DNA of 64,000 nucleotides, from positions 64,046,001-64,110,000 of the forward strand of contig CM060732.1 of the NCBI GenBank assembly GCA_030704615.1. Reading direction: 5' to 3'. The stretch comes from Takakia lepidozioides (lineage: Eukaryota; Plantae; Bryophyta). A program made the position numbers and the translations under genes. The notes under the pieces were generated by a model, which was not told where the DNA came from, did not search any database, and saw only the letters and a program-made list of their open reading frames with translations. Shown here piece by piece: positions 1 through 12,554 of the stretch. Numbering within the stretch: the stretch's first letter is position 1; each line of letters begins with the position of its first letter.

Positions 1-743
1 TACTGAAGAGCCCTGGGGCCCCAGCTACTGGTATGGAGTAGTTCCTTGCTAATTTAACTCTGTATGTTGGATCTAGAAGGTTTTTCTCCCAACTGCCAGG
101 GAACAATCCAACTTTGACTAACTAATTTTAAAGTATTTCAGGATTTCTTAGTTGCAAGGTTTTGGGTCAGAGGCATCTCCGATTTGGTCTTCCCTTCAGA
201 TACATTTATAAGGACTTGTTTCTACATATCAATTTAGACGAGCAGAAGTTGCACCAGTTGCCGGTCACCAATTGCTGCAAGTTTGGCTTCTTCAAACTGC
301 CAGCTCCAAAGTTCATGCAGTAGTCCTCCGGGAAAAGGGGAACAAAGCTAGTAAATTGGTGAACTAAAGTGAATTGAATTCATCTCATAAATGATAGGTA
401 ACTTTCATGTCTTAAGTACGCTCGGTCATCAGTCTGATATCAAGAGAGATCTATGAAGTTTGTTGAGATTTCATCTAGAACTCCACTGGGAATCAGTGCA
501 CTCATTGTTCTGCAACTCAGAACTGGCTTAAGATTATTTGATTTTTGCTTGCTTTCCTGAAAACTCCCCTGTGGACTTCCATGCTGCTTTTCATGCTATA
601 CATATCTCAAGTCCTATTTTGGTGCAGTAATGGTCTACTTGTGATACAGCCCAGCTTTCTTTCAAATTGCGGCATTTGTTGCACACAGACTATTTCTTTT
701 TGCTAGGTTTATTTAAGTTTGTTAAAAATTGTCAATTTGCCAG

Positions 744-3188
744 GAATTTCACCCGCTGAATTAGGTTCTAGGGGATTGATGAAGGAAAGCATGAAAGCAA
801 GCCAGAAATGTGACAATGCCCTTTTGGCTCTTGCCATGAATTACATGGAGTTGGGGGAGTTATCAACATCTGCAACAGACTTGCTATCATCAGATAGTGG
901 GGGCTGCCCAGACTCAACAAAGGCACCAGAGGATGGAAGTGCAAGTATAGCACCAGAATCTGCAGCTCTGACAGGAGGGCGGACAGATCTTAATCTGCAC
1001 ACAGGTGCTGGAGATAGCGGGTTACCATGCAAACGCAAGACTCATATGCAGGTAGTAGACAGCAGTGACATTCAGTCAGCTCTGGATAGAGCTGAAGGAG
1101 GAGGGCCCAAGTGTTCCCAAAAATCAGGCAGACCCCCTAGGAATGGGATTTGTTCATACCGATCGACTCCCTCCCCAAGCACTAGCGGATCAGGTGAAAA
1201 TTCAAAGAGACGCTCAACTAGAAAAGCACGATCAGAATCAGGGGGAGCTCTGGAGGCCCACCGTGCCATGAAAGAAGAACAGCTCGACCCTGAACTCCAG
1301 AAAGTTGACCGGCATGACTCAAGTGACCTGAGTAGGGGGACAGAGAAGATCGCCATTTCCCTTGTTTATACATCCACCAGCGGGACCTTGCCAAGTGACT
1401 TTTTTTATGTTTCCCAGAATGTACTTTACCAGGACGCATATGTGCGTTTCCCCCTGTCAAGGATTGGGGAGGACGACTGTTGCATCGCTTGTGTGGGGAA
1501 CTGCCTGGAATCGGAGATTCCATGTGCTTGTGCAAGACAGACTGGGGGTGAATATGCATATACAGTGGAGGGCTGTTTGCAGCAGAAGTTTATACAACAA
1601 GAGGTGGATAGACAGATGAAACCAAACTTGGCTTACTGCCGGGCTGGTTTGTGCCCTGAACGCAAGAAGAATGAGCTTTGCAAGGGCCACATCCACAGGC
1701 GCTTCCTGAAAGAGTGCTGGGACAAGTGCGGTTGTAAAAAACTCTGCGGTAACCGTGTTGTTCAGAGGGGGATTGGTCATAGGCTGCAGGTGTTTTGGAC
1801 AGCTACAGGGAAGGGCTGGGGTATCCGAACACTAGAGGACCTGCCTGCTGGTTCTTTTGTTTGTGAATATGCTGGGGAGATCCTCACAAATACAGAGTTG
1901 TACCTAAGGAACACCAACGGTGGTAATGCCAAACACCACTTCCCAGTGCAGCTAGATGCAGACTGGGGCTCTGAGAGCATTCTGAAAGATGAGGAGGCAC
2001 TGTGCCTGGATGCGACTTACTATGGGAATGTTGCCCGTTTCATCAATCATAGGTGGGGCTGCAGGCATTCAACATTGTTCTATATGTGCAAAATTGAAAG
2101 TGCCCTGTGGGATGCTGACAGTCAAGTTGTCCATGCAACCTTCAATTTCTTGTCCTGTCAGCTGGTAGCAGAAAGTAAGGAAGGTAGCTCTATCAGCTTT
2201 GTTTCTTTTGTTCTATGTGGAGGTAAGTGGAGTAAGGCGTTATCTAGGGCTCCTCCCAGTGTTGGTTAGCTGCGTGCATCATTCACTTACCATTCCAGTG
2301 AATGTATGAGACTTACTCTATTAGTGGTCTTACAGATCTTGGCAGTATAAAAATTTGTTTACCATGTGTGATGCAGGTGCTTTGATGCCAACATGCTAGA
2401 TATGCCCGTGGAGATTGAGAGCCCTGACCATCATTATTATCATGTACGTTATCAGCTGTGATCTGCCCCTGGAAAGTCTATCAAGAGTTGCTTGCTTAAC
2501 TTCTTTCCAGCACACTTCTCAGACCCTCAATATTGAGATCCATTCACCACTGTCATAATGAGTATTTTGTGGAGTTACAGATCATTGCATGCAGGGGAAC
2601 CGTCCATCTTGCATCAGGTGATTTTTGGTACTTCCTATAAGTCAGGTCATGAATTTAATATCAAGATGTCTACACTCTTAGAGGGGTGCTAATATACTTG
2701 TTCTCCTCCATTGCAGCTAGCATTTTTCACCAGTCGTGCAGTCAAAGCAAATGAGGAGCTCACTTGGGTACATTCTAACACTCCCTGGAAATATTCAGTA
2801 CTGATCTTCTTACTCAAGGAAGCAGTCCATGTAATTTTACTGCATGTAGTAATTATACAAAATTGACTCACTTCATTGCTCGACTGCTGTTGGGACTTCT
2901 CATAGCACCTGACTTGAGATCTGTTGCTTTGAGCACGGTTATTGTTGTTGTGGTTCTGTTACAGCTGCTAGATTGTGGAATTTTCCATAGTCAGTCTGAC
3001 CCCGTTAGGGGAGGGTTTGTCCTTGATATCTTTGATAATTATCTGGCTTGCAAACTGCTAATGTGTCAGAATTATCTGGTTGTATTATGCAGGACTATGG
3101 AATTGACTTTGATGACGATGGGCACCCTATAAAGGCATTTAAGTGTCGTTGTGAGAGCTCTTACTGCAGAGGAAAGGGATCAAAGTGA
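744..3188 (+). CDS. SUVR1/2/4-like histone-lysine N-methyltransferase (pre-SET, SET, post-SET); 5' part lies outside the window
   Basis: Cys-rich pre-SET; SET motifs KGWGIRTLEDLPAGSFVCEYAGE and DATYYGNVARFINHR|CFDAN; EELTW|DYGIDF; post-SET CRCESSYC. Exons 744-2052, 2377-2443, 2717-2767, 3093-3188 with GT-AG. A probable upstream exon ends at 30 (ACTG|gtatgg) in compatible phase. Confidence 0.92.
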
Positions 3189-5175
3189 GAGGAGAAGGGA
3201 ATAAAGAGGGCCTCTGTGCACACTGCTGATTGTGTTATATATTACTCGCGTGAAACTCAGGTATGACATCATAGGTGGACCAGCCTTGCTTGTACTGCCT
3301 GAAGAATCTCTCCAATTGACAAACTTACAGAAAGGAGAGACTCTGAAGAAAAGTTAGGGGAGTGTGGGGAGGAGGGCTCAAAACAGGAAAGGTGGAAGAG
3401 GGAACCAGAAGTGGGTAAGATTGAAAATATTAGTGGCAGTGATAGATGGAAACAAGCTAGTGTACCCTTGCCATTGCATTCTTCTAGAATGTTTTGATTG
3501 TGCCATGGGTTTTAGGTGGTTGAGAAGTTTCTACTAAGATATACTCGACTGCTTGATTACTGGTCACCCCCAAAACGTGCGAGCTAGTTGGTCGTATCCG
3601 CTGTAACCTAATTCTTGAAGGGCATTTCCTTTCCCTTATGCCATGTGTCCACTCCTAGACTAAGTTGAAATTGAATCCAACTCAACTGGATGGGTATCAA
3701 ACACATCTTTTTGCGCAGATTAGGACGACCAGAGTGACCCTTATTAACTGTTTTAAAAATCTGTTCTGGTCGATCTTCCAGGTATGGAGCAGAGTCTTTT
3801 GTGAGACCGACACATCCTCCAAGCATTGTTTGTTGTGTGTGAGGACGTGGAGGAAGCGCATCAACTTTTGATTTGGAGATCCAATTTTGACCCACGTTGC
3901 AGTAGTATCCTGATCATGCAATGGTCTGTTAGAGTTTTTGGACACACTAAATTGTCCTTGGAACTACATACCTGTAACTAGATGTGATTTTGCTGAGAAC
4001 TCTTGAGAAGTCTTAACTCCATAAATACCTTGAAGACGGGTTAATATGTTGTTTTGTATGATATGATGAACACCATGTCAGAAGCTTTGCTTCCATCAGG
4101 CTGCTGGAAACTGGAGAAAGGAGTCTTGTTACGAAATTGACTGGACAAAATTGTTGGTCAAGCCTAATTCTGATTAAGAACGTTACCTTAAATTATGTCA
4201 TCAGAGCAGTATGTTGCGGAGCTGGCTCTTCCAACCCTTTCTAAGGTGTCATTAGAATTCGAAAGAAATCAGACCTTTGCAGTATTTGTATATTGGCACT
4301 TTCATATTTAGTTTATGTACACAACCCACATTGGGGCCTTTCGTCTGTTTACTATTTGAAGCCTATAGCCTCCAAGACTTCCCTCCCCACCCATCGCCTC
4401 CAACTAGGCTGCAGAAGAGAGATGTATGTCTACTCCTACAGCCAAGCCAAGGTCTTCATGCAGATCCAACATGGAGCCATGTAGGATCTTCAGACTTCGA
4501 TCAAACTTCCGTATGGGTATGGTGGTAGTTATTAACATCCATGGACGTCACAGGAATATCAAGTTGTCAAATCTTAGGAAGGTTTGTTTCGTCATGAGCT
4601 CCTGAGCAGCGGTGATCTGCTTCCCACAAGCTTTATTCCTCTAGTGTTTGGATGTCTTGTCTTTCTGCAGCAAAAGCAGCTCCCTTTTCTCTGTCAAATC
4701 TACTACTGGTATCTGATCATGGTGTAGGATTGCCTCTTCACTCACCTGACTTTTGCTGTGGCAATGTTATTCCCAGCCTTGAATCCATGTTCAGGATGAA
4801 CTGGTTCAAAGAAGGAAGGTCATGCTATAGAAAGGGAAGTAGGAGATTTCCTCATAGCAACTGATAAACATGTGTATTGCAACAACCCATCCTACTCATT
4901 CTTCAGTCTGTCTCTCTGAACTTTTAGGAAACACTGAGCTGCTCTCTCCTCGTGGGTTGCTGGAAATCCGTAGTTGTGTTGAGAGACAGTTCTTTTGGAG
5001 GGTTCAACTTACAACTTTAATTTCTTTACCCATAGTTAGATCATTATTGCCATGTGTCTGAGCCCCTGGAGCTTGGTACTCCAGATGTTCAGGGAATAAC
5101 AAACGTCCCAATGCGTGGTCAATGACATACTCAGACACATACTGCCTGTGTTTGTAGATGCAACACCCATGTCAC

Positions 5176-7053
5176 CTATATACAATTGAGATAGTTGCCC
5201 CCGCTAGGCAATGCGGAGAATATGGATGCTATTACTTCATTTGACAGCAAAAAACCCTCTGGGTCTGTAAGGCGAACGAATGCTGCCATGCTTACATCTG
5301 AGGATAAAAACGTTGTCCCCAAGTTATTTACCGTTCCACTTACCTGGTCTGTACTTTCAACTCTGACAGACTGATTTTCTAAAAGTCCTTCCCCAGCATC
5401 ACTCCATGGTGTCTCTGCTTTCTCATACTGACTCTCAAAACCTTCACCGACTAGCCCCTGCACTTGCACTTGATTAGATGTGCAGGATGCTGCAGGTTCT
5501 GCAAAGCAAACTCCTCCCATTCTTGGGTCAATTTGCTCAGTTGCTATGCCAGGTTGCACACATGCATCAGAAGGCATTGTATTTACAACCAAACATTCGT
5601 CACTAAGAAATTGTGGCTCCTTCCCTTTCTCCTCACCTACCCTTGCAAGGACTTCCACTGGGAGGGGCTTCCCACTAATATCCAAAGCAACAACATGCCC
5701 ACTCTTTGCAAAAGGCAACAACGACTTACACACAACAGCAGCGACAGAGGGTCCAAACCTCGATTCGAACTTTCTGATATCTAATCCCTGGGCTAGTCTA
5801 AGAGAGAGCATTACAGTGTCAAGCACTCTCTCTTCACAACTGTCTTGGAGACAATCAATCTGCCCCCCTGACTGTTCAAATTTCTCCACAAACTCTGCAT
5901 AGCCCTTGAATTTACGAGGTCGCGAGAAGCGCTTGCCACCCACATAGCTAGTGGACCCTAAACCGACTGCAAAGTAGGGCAGATTGTGCCAGTATACAAG
6001 ATTATGCCTGCATTGGTAACCCTCCTTAGCATAGTTACTGATCTCGTAGTGTTCATACCCTGCCGCTCTGAGCTTTGCTGATGCTGTCTTGTAGAATTCT
6101 GCTGACTTCTCGTCGCTGGGCAGAGGTGCCTGCCCAGCCTTGTACCACCGGTTAAAGAGGGTTCCCTCTTCAATTTGCAGATCATACACAGATATGTGGG
6201 CGGGCAATGCCATCACAGCCTCTTTCAAAGTGTGCTCCCAATGACCTAAGGTTTGGTTGGGCAGAGACGAGATGAGATCTAGGCTCCAGTTCTTAAGCCC
6301 ACTTGCGTGAATAGCATCAATGGCTTCATACACTTCTCTCAATCCATGGGCCCTTCCACAAGCTTCCAGAAGTTCACTTTGAAAGGACTGCACGCCCATA
6401 GAAACCCTAGTCACTCCACCTTCCATCAATTGCCTCAGAGACTGCAAGTCGAAGGTTCCAGGGTCCATTTCAATAGAAATCTCAGCCCCAGATTCAATCC
6501 CAAAGTGCGTTCGCAACGTCTCTATTATGCGCAGGAGCAGAGGAGGAGGAAGAAGTGAGGGGGTCCCACCCCCGAAGAACACCGTCTTCAAGGGGCTGCT
6601 GGGGTTGGCCATGGCTGAGAGCCTAATCTCCCGGCACACTAAGTCGACATAATTCAACATGCCAGCATCCATGTGAGCGCTCTTGCTCTCCGTTCTCTCG
6701 CCCACAGCCACGATGGGGAAGTCACAATAAAAGCAGCGGCGTCGGCAAAAGGGGATGTGAATGTACACCGACGAGGCGGGGGAACCCAGTTCATGCCAAT
6801 TTGACTGGAATGGAGACGGGTTGAGAGACAGATCCAAAGAGGAAGTCGCTTGGGTCGCAAAGGAGACTAAACTACTATTAGGCACTAGATCCCTCTGCGC
6901 TTGCAGAAAGGAAGCAGACAGAGATCCATATAGATTTTTGGAAGTTGGGCGGGGTAGAAATACAGGTTGAGAGGCAATGACAAAGGGGAAATGTGTGGTA
7001 CCGAAATATGAAGCTGACAAATGCATCCCACACAATGATGCCTTCATCGTCAT
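5176..7053 (-). CDS. Radical SAM heme chaperone HemW / HemN-like protein with N-terminal targeting-peptide-like extension; no intron in the CDS
   Basis: YIHIPFCRRRCFYCDF (CxxxCxxC), FFGGGTPS, RVSMGVQSF, YEHYEISNYA, HNLVYW, C-terminal RLTDPEGFLLSNE. Start is uncertain (ATG 7188 or 7053); a cttctcag acceptor just upstream of ATG 7053 favours the latter. Confidence 0.9.
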   Translation of the reverse strand: MTMKASLCGMHLSASYFGTTHFPFVIASQPVFLPRPTSKNLYGSLSASFLQAQRDLVPNSSLVSFATQATSSLDLSLNPSPFQSNWHELGSPASSVYIHIPFCRRRCFYCDFPIVAVGERTESKSAHMDAGMLNYVDLVCREIRLSAMANPSSPLKTVFFGGGTPSLLPPPLLLRIIETLRTHFGIESGAEISIEMDPGTFDLQSLRQLMEGGVTRVSMGVQSFQSELLEACGRAHGLREVYEAIDAIHASGLKNWSLDLISSLPNQTLGHWEHTLKEAVMALPAHISVYDLQIEEGTLFNRWYKAGQAPLPSDEKSAEFYKTASAKLRAAGYEHYEISNYAKEGYQCRHNLVYWHNLPYFAVGLGSTSYVGGKRFSRPRKFKGYAEFVEKFEQSGGQIDCLQDSCEERVLDTVMLSLRLAQGLDIRKFESRFGPSVAAVVCKSLLPFAKSGHVVALDISGKPLPVEVLARVGEEKGKEPQFLSDECLVVNTMPSDACVQPGIATEQIDPRMGGVCFAEPAASCTSNQVQVQGLVGEGFESQYEKAETPWSDAGEGLLENQSVRVESTDQVSGTVNNLGTTFLSSDVSMAAFVRLTDPEGFLLSNEVIASIFSALPSGGNYLNCI

Positions 7054-8039
7054 TCCCACCTGAGAAGGGTTATTCCTGTTGCAAATCCAGTGCTGGAAAT
7101 TCACACCTCCCACGATGCAGCAGTCGGATGCAGCTGGCCAGCATCTGGTAAACCCAATTTGGTGATAGATATGCCTACAGACAGCCATGTTGGCTCTTCT
7201 CCTCTGCACCCCGACTTCATTCACCGCTGCTCTGTGTGTTAGGATGAGGTGGAAAGCAGGACACGTTCAAACTTCAAATATCCAACAGAGTTCAAATGCA
7301 CAACCCTCGTGAAAACATCTTCGTCTCTCTGACATCATCTGAATCAATAGTGAATCGATAGTGTCGCCGACGGATCGAGATGAGAAAGAAGACATGACTG
7401 GGTTGTGCCCATTCATTGAACCTTCAAAGCTAATTTTGTAACAGATATGATAAGGCCAGTTAGATCCGATACCATGCTTCGAAGCGGAAGTCACAACGTC
7501 TAAACACTTCAGACTTTCGAAGCAGATCTAACAAGATATCAGATAGTCGGAGAACCTGTGAAACATTATCGCGAGGTCTCAGGGGAACTGGCAAGAGGAG
7601 ATGACCTTCATTTCGATACCTTGGATGACCGTGTTTACGCAGGTCGGACACTAGATTGCAGCGAGGGATACCAAGAGCGTTCAACACACAAATTCCTGTA
7701 GCATATAGTTTCCCCCAGAATTCTCTGTTGCTCTATTCCAGTAGGGGGTGACACACCCACAAGTAAAAGCTACCTATAAGTTCACATTTCTGCATGTTAG
7801 ATATTATTGTTGGAAATTCAGGTTACAGGCTGCCAAGGCTCCTCCAAGTTGGATTAGAAATGTTCCAAGTGCCTTGAAATCTGACATGGTTCTCAAATAG
7901 TGAAATGTGCAGGGCTGGAGAGTCCGACTAAGAAATATTTGAAGGCAAACAGTGCTCTGAAAAAGTTTGAAGCAGGGAAATGCTTGCGCAGCTTGAACTG
8001 CATGAGATGCGGAGCACTTTTGATAGGTTAGAATGGGAT

Positions 8040-11000
8040 TCACTCTTTGTTCAAGCCAGAATTGCCATCTGGCTCCTGTTTTGTTACACGGTCAGGAAAT
8101 GTCTCAAGCACCTGCAACAAGGTGCACAGAATGATGTTAGCTAAGCTTAGCCAAGTTGTGCCAGACTCTGAATGCTAACAAGCGGGACAGGAAACCCCTA
8201 TTCTAACCGCAAGGGTAGCCAGGGCCCCAATGCAGGAAAGGTCATGGTGGTGCACCTTCAGCTTGTGACACCATAAAATGGATCTGCCACTTCCAATTCA
8301 ACAGTTTCCTCTATTCCATCATTGGCACATATATCTACAAGTAGTACTCATGTTGACAACTACTTGACACAAGATTTCCTGTGTGCTAATGGATAGGATC
8401 TGATGACAGACCTGATAAAGATATAATGATGCAAATGCATCGGTTGCAGCATATAGCAGTTGTTCATCTGACAGTGGGCATTCTTCCCAGTCTCCAGTCC
8501 GAATTCTCCCAACTTTCTCTACCTGTTCACACATCTCATGTACAAACCTTTGGAAGTGTTCCTTATGAATGTGGCTAGGATGTAACTTCCAAGCACATGA
8601 TCTTGTGGATTGATATCTGGTTTTTCAACACCCCCACCCTTTGTCCTGCCTCTGGGACCAGCCAGATAGCACTGAGATGCTTCCCCATGGACAACATGGT
8701 GATGCTTCAGCAAGGTTTAGGAACAATGGTTCCTGGCAACAACTGAAAACCATCCCAACCTTCATTAATTAGGTGGACCCTATTCAATGTACCCATGAAC
8801 ATTCTTTACTAATCAAACTGGATTAGCCACCAGACCTGCTTACAGATCAGCTCTTCAGTGAGAGAGGACAGGCTCCACTGCTTGTATGTATGTGCGCTAT
8901 TAGAAGAACCAGTCCCAAGCTTCTGATTGGCCAGAGCAGAGAGGTCCACCACACCTTGTGTGCTGATTTGATAATCTCGTTGCATCTTTGCTGCATCCCC
9001 AAAAGCCCCTACTCCCACCTGTAATCCACAGAAACCAGTCTAGCTTTATCGCTGGAGAAGAAGAATCCTATTTCTGTACTATGATACATGTACAGACAGA
9101 GAAAGAGAGAGACTGTACTCAAAAGACGTTGTTTGCCATAGCCTTGTGGCCGTTGACCCCACCCCCAGTTTGAGAGGAACACAGAGGGAAAGAGAGAGAG
9201 AATGAAAAAGGAAACTATTGCATCTGCAGGAGGCCCAAAAGGCCTAAGAAAGAGACAGGACTCCAGCTCGGATTTAGTAAGCACAATTTCAAACTGCGAT
9301 CCACACATTCTTACACACTATAAAGATCAGTTAATATACAGGTTTGTCTGATTGCTTCGGCATTCAATCCATGCATGCAGTAGACAATCAACACACCAAA
9401 GATTAACACATAAGTACAGAAAATACTTCACAAGCTAGGACAGAGGTTATGGAGGGAGTTGTGATAATATGGCAGTGCTATTGACATGTCGTTATATCCC
9501 AAGCTCCACACACACAAATATTTCTTCAGACGCATACCACCAAGGGGCTATGAGAAGGAGCGCAAGGGAACATAAATCAGCTCAGGAGCAATGCAGTCAG
9601 TGAGAAAGAGAAGAGGAGTTGCTGCATATGAAATTGCAGCTACATCTGCATGCATGCGCTATACAAGATGGATGGTCCATGGATGTCCGTGGAGTGCAGT
9701 GTTTTTTTTTTCATTTTTCCAAAATCGCTGGCGGGGCCACATGTGAAGTCTATCCAGTGCCCATCTGGCGGGAATAAGGAGGTGGCAAGCTAGAAAAGTG
9801 GCTTATATCCCGGATGGCACATTTTAAATGGTCCACGTCTGCAAAATTAGGCTCCTAATCCTCAACTACTGGCGCTTTTTGGCGAAATTTTCAGATTTTA
9901 CCCCCCATATTTCCTTTGTACAAGTAGCTGACTCCATTTTCAGGTCGAAATCTGGCGATTTTTCGCCAGAGAAAAAACACTGGTGGAGTGTGATAGTGAC
10001 ATGCAGACGGATGAGGTAAAGGTGTATAGAGCAGCAGGTACAGCTGATAAGGAAAAAATCAAGGAGGGGGGGGGTTATGAAAAATAGCAGGTGCAACTTC
10101 TGTGCGTGAATAGGGGCCAGGGCAAGAAGTTTGGGTGGCTCTCAGAATCCTTAAAAACGATAGGAATACTTCACAGTGAAAAAGATGTACAACATGTGTC
10201 CCCTCCAAAGAACAACGCTAGGAAGTACCTTGAGGGTGGAAGGATCTTGTAAGATGGTTGCTAGGGAAGGAGGGATGCCTGAGTGTGCAATATGCATCAC
10301 ATCACATCTGCTACCCTCTGCACACAGCTGCACAACTGCTACTCTCCTTGGAGCCTCCCCTGCAAATAATGATGCATTTTCATTGGACAAACACCAAACG
10401 TATCTCCAACCATGCCTTTATCACCATCCAATCTTTCTCTTCCTCTCCGTTCCTAACTCCATCTGTGAGTAGCATAACCAGCCTGTGCAAACTACTACAG
10501 GAGATGGAAAGGTGCATAGCTATTGTTTGGACTGATCATTGCACATAATTCTTGCAACTTTTAACTAAAATGCAGCTTGTTGCAACAAAGGGGATGGTGT
10601 TGGTTACATTTAAGTAACTAGACAAAGACAGCTTTATCTGATTTGACAGGTAGGTTACAAGCCCTTCTATGCAAAGGGCAAACAGCCCCGGCCATTGGGC
10701 TGCTGGTCTAAAGACCTCCCAAAACATTATCCAGAAGGCACTCCACACCCAAACAAGCTGTCCTGTACAGCAGGAGATTCAAACGTTAGCAAGCTTACCC
10801 TGTTGGAAAGTGACCTTCCATTCTGTATCAAACCCTATCGGAACTGTACCAATCATGATGTCTCTCTTTGCTTTCACAATTTCCGAGAGTTCATTTGCGG
10901 CCATTTCCACTTCAGATTCGGTCTTGCTGTACACAATTCGACCCTTGAATTGCAACAATCGAGGCTTGCACTTGAGTTTAACTGCGAACAACAGACCTAC

Positions 11001-12153
11001 AATGTGACATTCCTCTTCTACAACATTTTACTGACACCATCTCATGGGGCAGTTGTAAATTTCTCGCAGTGGCCATAGTGCTAACATTTAAAATACGAAT
11101 ATTTCTGACTCTCGACTCACTTGCATGCATGTGCAAATAAGGTCACAAGTATTGAGCCGTACAACTTGAGATGTGGAGCTACATGACATACACTAATTGC
11201 ATCAAGCATGTAGCTTCCCACATCCATGTTCAAGGAGCTTAATTATTCTCTATCCAGTATCCAGTTGGGGCCAAAACTTGGGGGAATGTTTTGTACCTTG
11301 ACATTGGGCGCTTGCCATTTGCCATTGAACCCATGGTTGAGCTTCTTTAGCCTGAGCCCAGATAGGGAGCCTCCTGCATGACCTTTTGGCTTGCTCTCTT
11401 GATGTCTCCGAGTCTTCTATTGCTCCTGCTTGGCTGTGAAACACCTGCCCAAAGTAAATGAGAATTTGTGCATAAACTTAGAATACCCCCAAAAGACCCG
11501 ACAATGGAGGGCAATCCAGTTGACACCGAGGTGGGGTTGCGATAAGTGGTGGGAGTGGAGACTCTTGAGCAGGGCGATTTAAAGTCCCAAAGTAAGCTGA
11601 CATTGATTAAGCCTTTCCATGGCATGCTCTAGTCCAGAGCAACTTGCAGCTTGCCTATTTAAGGCCCACTTTTAAGCCTTCCGTCCCCAGGTGCGAGTGA
11701 TGACATGCTCCCCTGTAACTGAGTACACAAGCCAGGATCTAGGCATCAATTCATTGATCTTGGCTGTTATTCCCTCGCACAAGAAAAAATCGACAGTTCC
11801 GACGATAAATTTTGACGAATCTGCTCTATGCAGGCTTCTCACTGATGCAGAGAACCCCTGACACCGATCAATTCCATAAATGTTTGCAATCTAGCATTGC
11901 AAACAACTGTAAACAGCAAACGAACGTGGTCCAACCTGCCTGTGTCACCCTTGGAGTGCATGCTCGAAGCAATGGCCCAGTCTTTGTCGATGTGGAGCAC
12001 TTCACCTTGAGAGCCGCCCAAGTCCTTGCACAAACCAGCCGAAGGCTTTGTCAAAGTCGAAGCTAGCACCTGTTCGATGGCGGCCCATTCTTGAGCATCC
12101 ACCCACTCCACAGGCACCCTCTGCCCATCTTGCAATGGGTTCAACGATCCCAT
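8040..12153 (-). CDS. WEX: Werner syndrome-like 3'-5' exonuclease (DEDDy), 7 exons
   Basis: Spliced product contains LQFKGRIVYS, IGFDTEWK (ExoI), VAVVQLC, LK|VGVGAFGDAAKM (ExoII), WSLSSLTEELICKQ, RTGDWEECPLSDEQLLYAATDAFASLYLYQ|VLETFPD (ExoIII). GT-AG junctions in consistent phase; stop TGA at 8040-8042. Confidence 0.88.
9107..9205 (+). repeat. Intronic dispersed repeat, copy in WEX intron
   Basis: TGTACTCAAAAGACGTTGTTTGCCATAGCCTTGTGGCCGTTGACCCC..CCCAGTTTGAG flanked by GA repeats; matches the copies at 13.9, 14.2 and 27.2-27.5 kb. Confidence 0.8.
9697..9982. mobile_element. hAT-type MITE (286 bp) in a WEX intron
   Basis: TIR CAGTGTTTTT...AAAAACACTG with a perfect 8-bp TSD GTGGAGTG (9689-9696 and 9983-9990). 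Confidence 0.9.
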
Positions 12154-12554
12154 CCGTGCTAGGTCAAAGTGAAAGACGCATGGAAACCTTTCACCCAGCT
12201 CCTGTTTGCAACCACTGTCTCACGCAGGCACGACCAGTCTTGGAAGTCCACAAAATCTCAGTTAGTCTGAACTTCAGCCTCTAGTTTTGCATCTAGCACC
12301 CCATCCACCGGCTTTGGAGGTTCGTAAAGGCAGCATGCACTTCTGAATCTAAAGTGGGTGTCGAGGGATTTGCAAAGGAAACATGCACATTTCCCGCGCT
12401 GTGACTCACATTCAAATGTAGCACGACATAGTACCTTAGCTGCCTACATTCTGTTTATTATTAGGGTACACTCACTCTTGTGAGGCTGTCGTTGTTTGTG
12501 CTCTTAACAAACAAATCTGCATGCTTTGTAGGTGAGCAACCCGGCACTGCTGCC

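Noticed and set aside
2053-2269. C-terminal part of the 516-aa ORF, and similar ORF tails in URB2, as coding sequence
   Set aside because: These are read-through into introns past clear GT donors; homology resumes in the next exon.
3600-5100. Short ORFs between the SUVR and HemW genes
   Set aside because: No motifs or splice-consistent structure; likely 3'UTR or intergenic sequence.
5176-7224. Intronless HemN-like gene as a recent bacterial transfer or contaminant
   Set aside because: It has an N-terminal targeting-like extension, a probable UTR intron and host-like composition; plants carry HemW homologs.
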